DNA of 32,000 nt, taken from assembly GCF_001584565.1 (NCBI RefSeq), contig NZ_LSFY01000001.1, positions 1,650,421-1,682,420 of the forward strand. Reading direction: 5' to 3'. Positions within the stretch are counted from its first letter, which is position 1, and every line of letters starts with the position of its first letter. This document shows positions 1 through 7,816 of the stretch, one piece after another. The notes under the pieces are model-generated. The model saw only the letters and a list, made by a program, of their open reading frames with translations. It did not search any database and was not told the DNA's origin. The DNA is from Alkalithermobacter thermoalcaliphilus JW-YL-7 = DSM 7308. GTDB taxonomy: Bacteria; Bacillota; Clostridia; Peptostreptococcales; Peptostreptococcaceae. Position numbers and translations under genes: made by a program.

Positions 1-977
1 TTAGTGTCACTTCCTCCACCTGTTGAAGTTATGTATGATTTTACTCCCATATTTTCAAACGCTTTTTTAAGCATAGTTATTATCTCGTCATCTTCTGAAA
101 TATTGAATGCTCCATACATTCTTTCAACATTTATTTCAACTTGAGCGTTAGAGTCCTCAGCAGCCTTTTTAAATGTTTCTACCATATGTTTTGTTTGCAT
201 ATCTAGTTTTTCGTCAACTAAACTTCTTGATTCAGCTTTTATTTCAAGCTCTGGCATAACTATATTTGTAGCTATACCACCTTTTACTATTCCAATATTT
301 GCTGTTGTGTCTTCATCTATTCTAAGAAGTTTCATATTTTCTATAGCTCTTGCAGCTACCATTATAGCACTTACTCCTTCCTCAGGAGCAACTCCTGCAT
401 GAGCTGGTTTTCCTATTATTTTTACATCTATTTTATCTTGAGCTGGTCCTTTTACTATTATTTCTCCAGGAGATCCACCGCTATCTAATACAAATGCATA
501 CTCAGCATCTATCTTAGAATAATCTAAGTACTTAGCTCCAAATAGTCCTCCTTCTTCCCATATACTAAATACTACTTGTATATCCCCATGGTCTTCATTT
601 TTTTCTTTTAATATTCTTATACCTTCAAGTATTGCTGCTATTCCACCTTTATCGTCTGCTCCTAAAACAGTAGTTTCATCACTTTTGATTATTCCATTTT
701 CTTCATCTATTATAGGATTTACCCCTTCTCCTGGGCTTACAGTATCCATGTGTGCACTAAACAGTATTTTCTTTCCTGGTCTTGTTCCTTTTAAAGTTGC
801 GATAACATTTCCTGTTTGACCACCTACTTTAGTACCTGCATCATCTATTACTACTTCAAAACCTAGTTTTTCAAGTTTTTCAACTAATACTTTAGCAATC
901 TTTTCTTCTTTTGAAGAAGGACTGTCTATTTTTACAAGTTCAATAAATTCATTTACTATTCTGTCTTTATTTACCAT
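1..977 (-). CDS. M20-family metallopeptidase (peptidase T / tripeptidase-like); C-terminus runs off the window
   Basis: Open minus-strand frame from ATG at 975-977 (GGAGG 7 nt upstream) to the window edge. My translation is MVNKDRIVNEFIELVKIDSPSSKEE...SAHMDTV...GADDKGG...WEEGGL...GKPAHAG...GGGSDT. It shows the M20 metal-ligand pattern (HxD, D, EE, H). The ORF is absent from the track because there is no stop codon in the window. Confidence 0.75.
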   Translation of the reverse strand, partial: MVNKDRIVNEFIELVKIDSPSSKEEKIAKVLVEKLEKLGFEVVIDDAGTKVGGQTGNVIATLKGTRPGKKILFSAHMDTVSPGEGVNPIIDEENGIIKSDETTVLGADDKGGIAAILEGIRILKEKNEDHGDIQVVFSIWEEGGLFGAKYLDYSKIDAEYAFVLDSGGSPGEIIVKGPAQDKIDVKIIGKPAHAGVAPEEGVSAIMVAARAIENMKLLRIDEDTTANIGIVKGGIATNIVMPELEIKAESRSLVDEKLDMQTKHMVETFKKAAEDSNAQVEINVERMYGAFNISEDDEIITMLKKAFENMGVKSYITSTGGGSDT

Positions 978-1062
978 ATCAGAACCTCCATACATTTCAT
1001 GAATACGTTTTCTTTTTCTTATTCCATTATACAACATTTTCATTGAATAAAACTATCTATAC

Positions 1063-2664
1063 TTAATTTTTATTTTGTGGTATAATAATGGCTATTTTAA
1101 AATAACCTTTATTTTCTACTATTATTTGACCTCCCTCTGACTGTATTATTTTTTTACTTATTTCAAGATCCAAATTCTTATCATTAGGTATTTTTCCATT
1201 TTCTATTTCATATACTACACTTTGTTTTTGTGATTTTAAATTTATATTCAATGTTTGTCCTTTTTCTATTTCACTGCAAAGCTTTTGAACTAAATTAAGT
1301 ATTATAAATCTTAGATAGTCTTTATTAAATTTTATTTTTTCATTTACGTTATCTATATTGTACTTTATATTTATATCTTTTAAAAGTCCTATTGCCTCTA
1401 GTATTGTTCCTATTTCTTTTATAACATCATGAGGATAAAATTCTTTTTTTCCTTCCTCTAGGGGCTTAGATAATTTTAAAAAATAATTTAAGCTTTCTTC
1501 TATTTTTTTCATTTCAGTTAGAGCAATATTTGAAAGCTCTGTTGGGTTCATTGTATGTTCTATTTGTATATACCCCTTTATACTCGATAATGGGTTTCTA
1601 ATCTCATGAGCTATACCAGCAGATATCTGCCCTAACATTTGTATTCTTTCCATATTATAAACAAGAAAATCTTCTTCTCTTTTCATTTGAAGAAAATAAC
1701 TTCTAAGTATCAAATACAAAGATAAAGCTACAATTACTATTATATTTATATTTATAACTAGCTGTTTTACTAAAGGAGTGTAAACTTTTGATATATGCTT
1801 TACACTTAAAACTGCCCAGTCTGTATTTTTAATAGCAGAATATGAAATTATTTTTTGCTGATTATCAAGTTCTGATAATAAGTTCATTGTTCCTTTATTA
1901 TTTCTATTTATTTGATATATCAAACTTTCTAAAAAATTACTTTCACTTACAGACTTTCTAGCCTTTTCTAAATGTGGATGATAAAGAATTTCAGAGCTTG
2001 TATTTAAAAGTACTACATAATCTTTATCATCTACATTATAGTTTTCAAAAGTATCTAAAAGATAATCTTTATTTATAGAAAAAGCTATCGTTCCTTTAAA
2101 AAATCCATTCTTATCATAATGAGGAATAGATATTATCAATATTTCTTTATTTGTAACTAAATCATTCAAAAGTTTGAATGTGGTTTTTTTTCCAAGCCTT
2201 GCTGCTTGAAAATAAGTTCTGTGAGATATATTAAGCCCTAAGTAATTATCGGGCTTAAACATCTCATTATTAGATATAAACATTACTATGTCTCCATATC
2301 TATTTGATTTTGATAAAGAATTTATATCTGGATATTTTTGTATTATATCTTTTAGTAAAACATTTATTTCTTCTTGTGAATATTTTTTCTCTTCCATTGA
2401 ACTTATAAGCTGCATTATACTTTCTAAAAGCTTGTGTTTTTCGCCTAAATATTCTTCTACTTGGTATCTTATTAGGTCTGATTTTTGTTCATTTGCCTTT
2501 ATTACTGCATTTTTTACTCCTATTACATTATAAAATAAAAGATAATAAGATATTATACTGAATACAGCCACAGCTATAAGCGGAATATAAAATTTTTTAT
2601 AGTTTTTTATAAAGTATCTCACCTTTGATCTTCCCCTACTATAATTTTTCAAAATTGCCCCCAA
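1063..2664 (-). CDS. Orphan membrane sensor histidine-kinase-like protein (TM - Cache-like extracellular domain - TM - HisKA - degenerate HATPase)
   Basis: 533-aa ORF with two hydrophobic segments (aa ~27-45 and ~302-322) flanking a ~250-aa Cache-like region. H-box is GIAHEIRNPL (His353, nt 1606-1608). The C-terminal domain is short and lacks canonical N, G1 and G2 boxes (see findings). The track start is TTG. A second TTG at 2650-2652, preceded by GGGGG, may be the true start. No response regulator gene is adjacent. Confidence 0.8.
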   Translation of the reverse strand: MGAILKNYSRGRSKVRYFIKNYKKFYIPLIAVAVFSIISYYLLFYNVIGVKNAVIKANEQKSDLIRYQVEEYLGEKHKLLESIMQLISSMEEKKYSQEEINVLLKDIIQKYPDINSLSKSNRYGDIVMFISNNEMFKPDNYLGLNISHRTYFQAARLGKKTTFKLLNDLVTNKEILIISIPHYDKNGFFKGTIAFSINKDYLLDTFENYNVDDKDYVVLLNTSSEILYHPHLEKARKSVSESNFLESLIYQINRNNKGTMNLLSELDNQQKIISYSAIKNTDWAVLSVKHISKVYTPLVKQLVININIIVIVALSLYLILRSYFLQMKREEDFLVYNMERIQMLGQISAGIAHEIRNPLSSIKGYIQIEHTMNPTELSNIALTEMKKIEESLNYFLKLSKPLEEGKKEFYPHDVIKEIGTILEAIGLLKDINIKYNIDNVNEKIKFNKDYLRFIILNLVQKLCSEIEKGQTLNINLKSQKQSVVYEIENGKIPNDKNLDLEISKKIIQSEGGQIIVENKGYFKIAIIIPQNKN

Positions 2665-2684
2665 ATTCCAATTATATCAATTCC

Positions 2685-2721
2685 AAAAAAAAATCAAGAA
2701 TAGGATGATCCTATTCTTGAT
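2685..2721 (-). terminator. Rho-independent terminator after the acidic repeat protein gene
   Basis: 13-bp stem ATCAAGAATAGGA / TCCTATTCTTGAT (2693-2705 / 2709-2721) with a 3-nt loop, followed on the minus strand by a U-tract (2685-2692). The stem overlaps the last codons and the stop codon. Confidence 0.8.
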
Positions 2722-3904
2722 CTATACTTATTAATCTAGTTTTGCAGTCTATATAACAAATCCAATATCCATATTCATCATCTTCATTTTTACAACCTAA
2801 AAACTGATTAAAACCTGTTTCACCTAAATCTGGTTGTTCATTTTTTTTGCCTGGAATAGCATATACATAATATTTTCTTTGCCCATCTTCGTCATAGTTT
2901 ATTCCAAATAAGTAATGTCTATATTTATATGCTAAAAATCCTATGTCTGAATACGCTGTATAATTTAAATAATACATATATCCTAGGTAAGGTATATCAT
3001 ACCCAAACATACTCATAGGATTTATATTTATCTTCCACCATCTTGTATCGTCTATATCTTTTATAAAAGGCTTTACTTCTTTATATTTTTTTAAGTTTTT
3101 CTTTAATCTTCTTGGAATAAAATATGTTTTATCTTCTATTCTTTCTTTTTCTTTTTCAAAATAAGTCTTAATATCTTCTTCTTTTTCTTCTTTTTTTTCT
3201 TCGAAATATTCCTTTTTTTTTTGAGGTTCCTCTTGTACTGTTTCTTCTATTCTTTCCTCGTCTATTTCTTGTTCATCTACTTTTTCTTCTTCTATTCTTT
3301 CTTCTTCTATTTCTTGAGGTATCTGTTCTTCTACTCTTTCTTCTTCTACTATTTCTTTATTTATTTCTTCATCTTCTTCTATTTCTTCTTCTATTCTTTC
3401 TTTTACATGTTCCTTATCTTCTTCTATTCTTTCTTTGTCTAATTCTTCTTCATTTATTTCTGTTTCTATATCTACTTGTTCACTTCTTTGATTTTCGTTA
3501 TCTTCTTGTACTTGATCTATATTTTCTTCTTTCCTTAATAATATATCTTCATAATTTTTTGTTCTTCTTCCTTTATATGATATTAAAGGGATATTATCTT
3601 CATAGGTTAAAGCTACACATTGTATATCTATATCATCTTTATTTATGTCTATTCTAGCTTCACCTTTTCCGCTTTCATCTACAAGTATTCTACCTATATC
3701 TATTTTGTTTAGCTGATTGTCTATAATAACTATTCTATATCCTTCGCTTACGTATTTAATATTTTCAACATAAAGCGAAAACTTTGATTTATCGTCTCTT
3801 GTTATTAAATTTGCATATCCTCTAGGTTTATATCCTCTTTTTATTTCAAAAGATGTATCATTGCAATACAGCATTATGTTAGCTCTTTTATTAGATCTTT
3901 TCAA
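2711..3904 (-). CDS. Hypothetical protein with a central, highly acidic Glu-rich repeat linker (two globular ends)
   Basis: 397-aa ORF with a TTG start 5 nt after AAGGGGGGG. It has an N-terminal ~120-aa domain, then aa ~125-259 dominated by E/K with six copies of (K/E)ER(I/V)E(E/D), then an aromatic-rich C-terminal domain (WWKININP...YLGYMYYLNYTAY...YGYWICYID). I recognise no family. Confidence 0.7.
   Translation of the reverse strand: MKRSNKRANIMLYCNDTSFEIKRGYKPRGYANLITRDDKSKFSLYVENIKYVSEGYRIVIIDNQLNKIDIGRILVDESGKGEARIDINKDDIDIQCVALTYEDNIPLISYKGRRTKNYEDILLRKEENIDQVQEDNENQRSEQVDIETEINEEELDKERIEEDKEHVKERIEEEIEEDEEINKEIVEEERVEEQIPQEIEEERIEEEKVDEQEIDEERIEETVQEEPQKKKEYFEEKKEEKEEDIKTYFEKEKERIEDKTYFIPRRLKKNLKKYKEVKPFIKDIDDTRWWKININPMSMFGYDIPYLGYMYYLNYTAYSDIGFLAYKYRHYLFGINYDEDGQRKYYVYAIPGKKNEQPDLGETGFNQFLGCKNEDDEYGYWICYIDCKTRLISIDQE
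3128..3532 (-). repeat. Low-complexity purine-rich (coding strand) region encoding degenerate ERIEE-type repeats
   Basis: The plus strand is a run of ttcttc / tattctttc units. The translated minus strand gives KERIEED, KERIEEE, EERVEEQ, EERIEEE, EERIEET, KERIEDK. The 73-aa plus-strand ORF at 3221-3442 is a compositional shadow of this region. Confidence 0.7.
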
Positions 3905-3953
3905 ACGTACCCCCCCTTAAAGAGAATCTATATTAACATATATGATAAAACAT

Positions 3954-3987
3954 AAAAAAAAAGTACTTTATTATTTAAAAGTACTTT
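3954..3987 (-). terminator. Rho-independent terminator after rsmA
   Basis: AAAGTACTTT (3960-3969) pairs with AAAGTACTTT (3978-3987) across a 7-8 nt loop. A U-tract follows on the minus strand (3954-3959). The structure overlaps the rsmA stop codon. Confidence 0.7.
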
Positions 3988-4843
3988 TTTTCTTCATTAT
4001 ATTTGCTAGTTTAACAAATTCTTCTATACTCAAAGTTTCTCCTCTTCTAGTTTCTTGTATATTAGCCTCTTCAAGTGCACTTTTTATTTCATCTTTTGTA
4101 AACTCAAGTCCGTATGTGCTAAGCGCATTTAATATAGTTTTTCTTCTCTTTGAAAAAGATGCTTTTACAAGTCTAAAAAATAAATCTTTATCTATTAGAT
4201 CGTATTTTGGTTGTGTATAGCTTTTAAGTCTTATAACTGTCGACTCTACATTTGGTTGAGGTATAAACATTGTTTTTGGAACAGTAGTTATAATATCTAC
4301 ATCTGAATAATACTGAACTGCAACAGATAATGCTCCATAATCTTTCGTCCCAGGAGATGCTTTCATTCTATCTGCCACTTCTTTTTGAACCATCACTACT
4401 ATATGGCTAACAGGAATATCTTCTTCTAAAAACTTCATAACTATAGGAGTTGTTATGTAGTAAGGAAGATTTGCAACAAGTTTTATAGGTCCACCATTTA
4501 ATTTTTCATCAACTATCTTTTTTACATCACACTTTAATATATCTTCATTTATAACTTCTACATTCTCATTATCTTTTAATGTCTCTGAAAGTATAGGAAT
4601 CAACTTTTTGTCTATTTCTACAGCCACTACTTTTTTTGAAAGTTTTGCCATTTCCTTTGTTAAGGTTCCAATTCCAGGTCCTACCTCTAATATATAATCA
4701 TCTTGACCTATTTGTGCTCCATCTAATATTTTTTGTATTATATTAGAGTTTACAAGGAAATTTTGTCCTAATGATTTTGAAAATTTAAATCCATATCTTT
4801 CAACTATTTCTTTTGTAGTCTTTACAGAAGAAAGTTTGTCCAT
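3971..4843 (-). CDS. rsmA: 16S rRNA (adenine1518/1519-N6)-dimethyltransferase RsmA/KsgA
   Basis: 290 aa. Opens with the KsgA signature FKFSKSLGQNFL, then SAM motif EVGPGIGTLT and LVANLPYYITTPI. It sits in the conserved position after rnmV. Confidence 0.95.
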   Translation of the reverse strand: MDKLSSVKTTKEIVERYGFKFSKSLGQNFLVNSNIIQKILDGAQIGQDDYILEVGPGIGTLTKEMAKLSKKVVAVEIDKKLIPILSETLKDNENVEVINEDILKCDVKKIVDEKLNGGPIKLVANLPYYITTPIVMKFLEEDIPVSHIVVMVQKEVADRMKASPGTKDYGALSVAVQYYSDVDIITTVPKTMFIPQPNVESTVIRLKSYTQPKYDLIDKDLFFRLVKASFSKRRKTILNALSTYGLEFTKDEIKSALEEANIQETRRGETLSIEEFVKLANIMKKKSTFK

Positions 4844-4853
4844 TTTTTCACTC

Positions 4854-5390
4854 CTATTTTTCTATGTTTTTTATAACTTCTTCAAATTCTTTTCTAGTTA
4901 CACCATAATTATTTAGTCTGTTTAAAAACTGCTTTGAATTTGCATATCCTATCCCTAATATTTTTCCAAGTTCATTTCTTCTAAAAGAAGCATCTTCTGT
5001 TCCTATTAAATTATACTTTATAAGGTCTATTTGGGTAAACTCATTTCTTTTTTGAACTGATTCACTTCTTACTTTCATTAAAGCTTGTCTTATACTTTCA
5101 ACTGATGCATTTTCTATTCCTATATCTTCATCTTTGGTAGCTTCATCTCTTGATAAAAAGGCATGCTTGCATCCACTTACTTGTTTTGATATTATACTTC
5201 TTATTTTTTCTCCTGCATAATCAGGATCTGTAAATATTATAACTCCTCTTCTTTTTTGAGCTTCTTTTATTTTATTTATAACATCTTTTTGAAATCCAAA
5301 TCCTCCTGTTGCCAAAACTTCTGCATCTACAGCTCTTTTAACTGCTGCTATGTCATCTTTTCCCTCAACTACTATTACCTCTTTTATCAT
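4854..5390 (-). CDS. rnmV: Ribonuclease M5 (5S rRNA maturase, Toprim domain)
   Basis: 178 aa. IKEVIVVEGKDD...IIFTDPDYAGEKIR is the Toprim pattern of RNase M5. There is a 10-nt gap to rsmA with a GGAGTGA SD. Confidence 0.9.
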   Translation of the reverse strand: MIKEVIVVEGKDDIAAVKRAVDAEVLATGGFGFQKDVINKIKEAQKRRGVIIFTDPDYAGEKIRSIISKQVSGCKHAFLSRDEATKDEDIGIENASVESIRQALMKVRSESVQKRNEFTQIDLIKYNLIGTEDASFRRNELGKILGIGYANSKQFLNRLNNYGVTRKEFEEVIKNIEK

Positions 5391-5416
5391 CTTCTCACCC
5401 CTTTAACAAACTTAAT

Positions 5417-5437
5417 GCGACACTCAAAGAGTGTCGC
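5417..5437 (-). other. GC-rich 9-bp hairpin between yabE-like gene and rnmV (attenuator / processing or stabilising structure)
   Basis: GCGACACTC-AAA-GAGTGTCGC. The downstream minus-strand sequence AUUAAGUUUGUU is only a weak U-tract, so I do not call it a full terminator. Confidence 0.45.
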
Positions 5438-5442
5438 AATAA

Positions 5443-6441
5443 TTATTTTAATACATATATTTTGAGTGTTCTTCTTCCGAACCTCCGTGCTTTTTCTAAA
5501 CTTTCCATATATATATCTATTTTATTTCCTTTTACAGCTCCACCTGTATCTTCTGCTCTATATATACCCATAGACTCTATATAAACTGTCGATCCTAAAG
5601 GTATAACTTTCGGGTCTACTGCAATAACTCCTGGTCTTACCCTAGTTCCTAAACTGGTTATTCCATATTGAGGATGAGAAGGAGTTTTTCCAGTACACTG
5701 ATACCCTGCTGTATATGCAGTAGCAGTTACAGTCATTGATTTTGTAAAAGTTCTTCTTTCCCCTCTTGATGTTATTATAAAGTTTTTAGATCCCTTTTTT
5801 ATTATTTCATTTTTAGGCTCTTTTACAACTGTTTCTGAGACTAATATTCTATTTACTTCCTTCCCATCTTCCTCTATTACTTTGTATGCTAGTTCTTTTT
5901 TTCCAACTGATCCTTTTTGAACATTTATTACTTTTCCTATTTCTAAATTGTCATCATATACAGTATTTACTACAAATGGTATTTCCTTAGTTTCTTTAAC
6001 TATTCTTTCTGTAACCCTTACTATTTTTACCTCATCACCAGGCTGTAATTTGTGATCTAAAGAAGGAAAGATTTTGTCTATCTCAGAAAAATAAATATTG
6101 TTTTGTTTTAACAAATCCTCAACTGTTTGTTCTATAGTGGTTATAACTTTCTCTTCCCCATCAGATACTAACTTCACATCGAAGGCCCTTTTTATTACTA
6201 TTTCCATGCCGTCTTTCAACTTAGTGTCTATATCTGGGAGGACTTTATCATCTTTTTGTATACTTATATTGTTTTCTTTTAAAACATCTTCTACTGTCTT
6301 TGAAAATGTGCTTACAGCTATTACTTCATCTTGAACACGTATTTTTACATTTTTATTTAAAGCTTGGTATATACCTGTTGTACATAGTATAAAAAATGCT
6401 ATCGTTGTAAGTATATAAATATATTTTTTACTTCGGCTCAT
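5443..6441 (-). CDS. yabE: YabE-like cell-wall protein (signal anchor, DUF348 repeats, G5 domain, C-terminal 3D / RlpA-like domain)
   Basis: 332 aa with an N-terminal TM segment and repeated (V/I)xV..DG motif modules. The C-terminal VTATAYT...GITSLGTRVRPGVIAVDPKVIPLGSTVYIE...YRAEDTGGAVKGNKIDIY is the 3D-domain signature. Synteny matches tatD - yabE - rnmV - ksgA. Confidence 0.85.
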   Translation of the reverse strand: MSRSKKYIYILTTIAFFILCTTGIYQALNKNVKIRVQDEVIAVSTFSKTVEDVLKENNISIQKDDKVLPDIDTKLKDGMEIVIKRAFDVKLVSDGEEKVITTIEQTVEDLLKQNNIYFSEIDKIFPSLDHKLQPGDEVKIVRVTERIVKETKEIPFVVNTVYDDNLEIGKVINVQKGSVGKKELAYKVIEEDGKEVNRILVSETVVKEPKNEIIKKGSKNFIITSRGERRTFTKSMTVTATAYTAGYQCTGKTPSHPQYGITSLGTRVRPGVIAVDPKVIPLGSTVYIESMGIYRAEDTGGAVKGNKIDIYMESLEKARRFGRRTLKIYVLK

Positions 6442-6499
6442 AAAGATCCCGTTACAGAAAACTTAAAAAACTTTTAAAAGTTTATGTTTCCTTCCTTGT

Positions 6500-6700
6500 T
6501 CATCGTGTCTAGTTTCGAAAAATCTACTCCTGTTTATTTGACACTCCGAAGGCTTAAATTCCCGACTAACGAATCGGTACATATCAATAATAGCTTTAGG
6601 TGCTATGCTATTGATTTACCATAATTTTTTAGGTTTATACTTGCATTTAAGTCTCTATCTATCTCATAGCCACATTCATCACATATAAATGTTCTTTCTG
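6500..6700 (-). ncRNA. Putative TnpB omega-RNA (reRNA) scaffold / IS right end; boundaries approximate
   Basis: TnpB guide RNAs are known to start inside the 3' end of tnpB and run through the right end. The 100 nt after the tnpB stop is locally GC-richer and has stem-loops, for example CCGAUU-CGUU-AGUCGG at about 6564-6579. No alignment is possible here, so this is an inference. Confidence 0.3.
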
Positions 6701-7650
6701 ATAAAGAAAATTTGTTTTTTAAAGCACCACATATGCTACAAGTTTTAGATGAAGGATAGAATGTATCTGCAAGTATAAATTTAATATCATTTAAGGCACA
6801 TTTATATTCCATTTGTCTTTTAAATTCGTAAAATAGCTGCTCTTGTATTGATTTTGATAATCTTTTATTTTTCAGCATTCCACAAGTATTTAAGTTTTCC
6901 ATAACTACATACTCTGGCTTGGCTTTCACCAAAGATGCAGTTATCTGATGAATATAATTATGCCTTATGTTTTTAAGCCTTCTTCTCATTTTTAAAACAA
7001 GGAATTCTAACTTTTTTATATTGTTAGTTTTTCTGTAACGGTATTCACCTCCGTTCATTTGAATTTTGTTTAATTCATATTTTTTAGATAGCTTTTTTTG
7101 TAATCGTTTTTGTCTTTTCTCAAGTTTTTTAACTTTACTTGTTTTATTTATGTTTTTGTACTTTTGTCCTGTACTTATTGTATCTTGATAAAAGCTTGGC
7201 TTACTTTTTTTCTTTGATTTAAACTTAGGAAAGTTTGCTCTGCCTTCAAAGAAGTTTTTATATGCAATACAGGCATCTTTTATAGCTTGTTTTGTTATAT
7301 TATTTGAATAGTCATTAAGCCATGAGTATTCTTTTGTCTTTTTTAGTTCAGTTAATCTTTTTCTAAGTTCACAATCACTTAAAAACTTACTACAATTTTT
7401 ATAATTTTCTTGCTCTGTTGCTAACGCAAAGTTATATGCCCATCTTGCAACTGAAGCACACTCAAATAATTTTGTTCTTTGTTTGTTATTAGGCAAAAGC
7501 ATAACTTTATAAGTTTTAATCATTGGAATTATCACATCCTAATGAATTCAAATCTGTAAAATAATTATAGATATTTATATAATTTTATAAATATAATTTA
7601 ACTGTTAATGTCCTCCTTTTTACGGAAAAAGACTCTCCCTATTTGAAGCC
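6520..7650 (-). mobile_element. IS200/IS605-family (IS1341-like, tnpB-only) element remnant; ends not determinable from a single copy
   Basis: A solo tnpB without tnpA lies in the otherwise conserved tatD-yabE intergenic region. It is flanked by GC-richer structured segments at 6530-6600 and 7610-7660, both containing a GAAG(G/C)CTT motif. Confidence 0.35.
6603..7523 (-). CDS. tnpB: TnpB-like RNA-guided nuclease homologue, internally deleted (lacks RuvC-I segment)
   Basis: N-terminus MIKTYKVMLLPNNKQ...ARWAYNFAL is the OrfB_IS605 N-terminal helix region. VVMENL (RuvC-II Glu), the zinc finger CSICG...CDECG and IDRDLNASINL (RuvC-III Asp) are all present. It is 306 aa from the ATG at 7521-7523, versus about 370-410 aa for typical TnpB. 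The track's GTG start at 7535 has no usable SD spacing. Confidence 0.85.
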   Translation of the reverse strand: MIKTYKVMLLPNNKQRTKLFECASVARWAYNFALATEQENYKNCSKFLSDCELRKRLTELKKTKEYSWLNDYSNNITKQAIKDACIAYKNFFEGRANFPKFKSKKKSKPSFYQDTISTGQKYKNINKTSKVKKLEKRQKRLQKKLSKKYELNKIQMNGGEYRYRKTNNIKKLEFLVLKMRRRLKNIRHNYIHQITASLVKAKPEYVVMENLNTCGMLKNKRLSKSIQEQLFYEFKRQMEYKCALNDIKFILADTFYPSSKTCSICGALKNKFSLSERTFICDECGYEIDRDLNASINLKNYGKSIA

Positions 7651-7657
7651 TTCATCC

Positions 7658-7686
7658 ATTCTAAACTATTTTTGAATCATTGTCAA
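7658..7686 (-). promoter_or_regulatory. Near-consensus sigma-A promoter reading toward tnpB and the yabE operon
   Basis: Minus strand reads TTGACA (7681-7686), a 17-nt spacer, then TAGAAT (7658-7663). Confidence 0.5.
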
Positions 7687-7816
7687 ATTCGAGCCTCCTT
7701 TATATAGGTTTTGCTACTTATTCATATTATTTCCATGAATTCTATTTATTATGTATAAATCTTTAACTAACATCAATTGTATTCTTTAAACTATATATTT
7801 ATGAGTATAATCTGAT

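Noticed and set aside
3221-3442. 73-aa plus-strand ORF (F/Y/L-rich) opposite the acidic repeat gene. Similar antisense ORFs occur at 2288-2533, 3942-4220, 5256-5465, 6098-6334, 11813-11998, 12167-12442, 13236-13553, 14017-14232, 14352-14534, 15614-15841, 15896-16078, 16532-16852, 18957-19151, 19857-20176, 20840-21176, 24089-24307, 24700-24885, 26319-26695, 28826-29188, 31025-31225 and 31355-31546.
   Set aside because: All lie inside, and antisense to, well-supported genes. They have junk-like, low-complexity Phe/Ser/Leu/Ile composition typical of the reverse frame of AT-rich coding DNA, and they lack SD sequences.
6442-6602. A possible c-di-AMP (ydaO-type) riboswitch upstream of the yabE-like gene. 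Such riboswitches are known upstream of cell-wall hydrolase and Rpf-type genes.
   Set aside because: I looked on both strands for the conserved ydaO blocks (GGGGGACCCA, GGGGUGAAUC, CCCGAAUCC..CAGCUAACCUCGUAAGC) and found none. The closest string, CCCGACTAACGAATCGG, is on the wrong strand and matches poorly. A covariance-model scan would be the decisive test.
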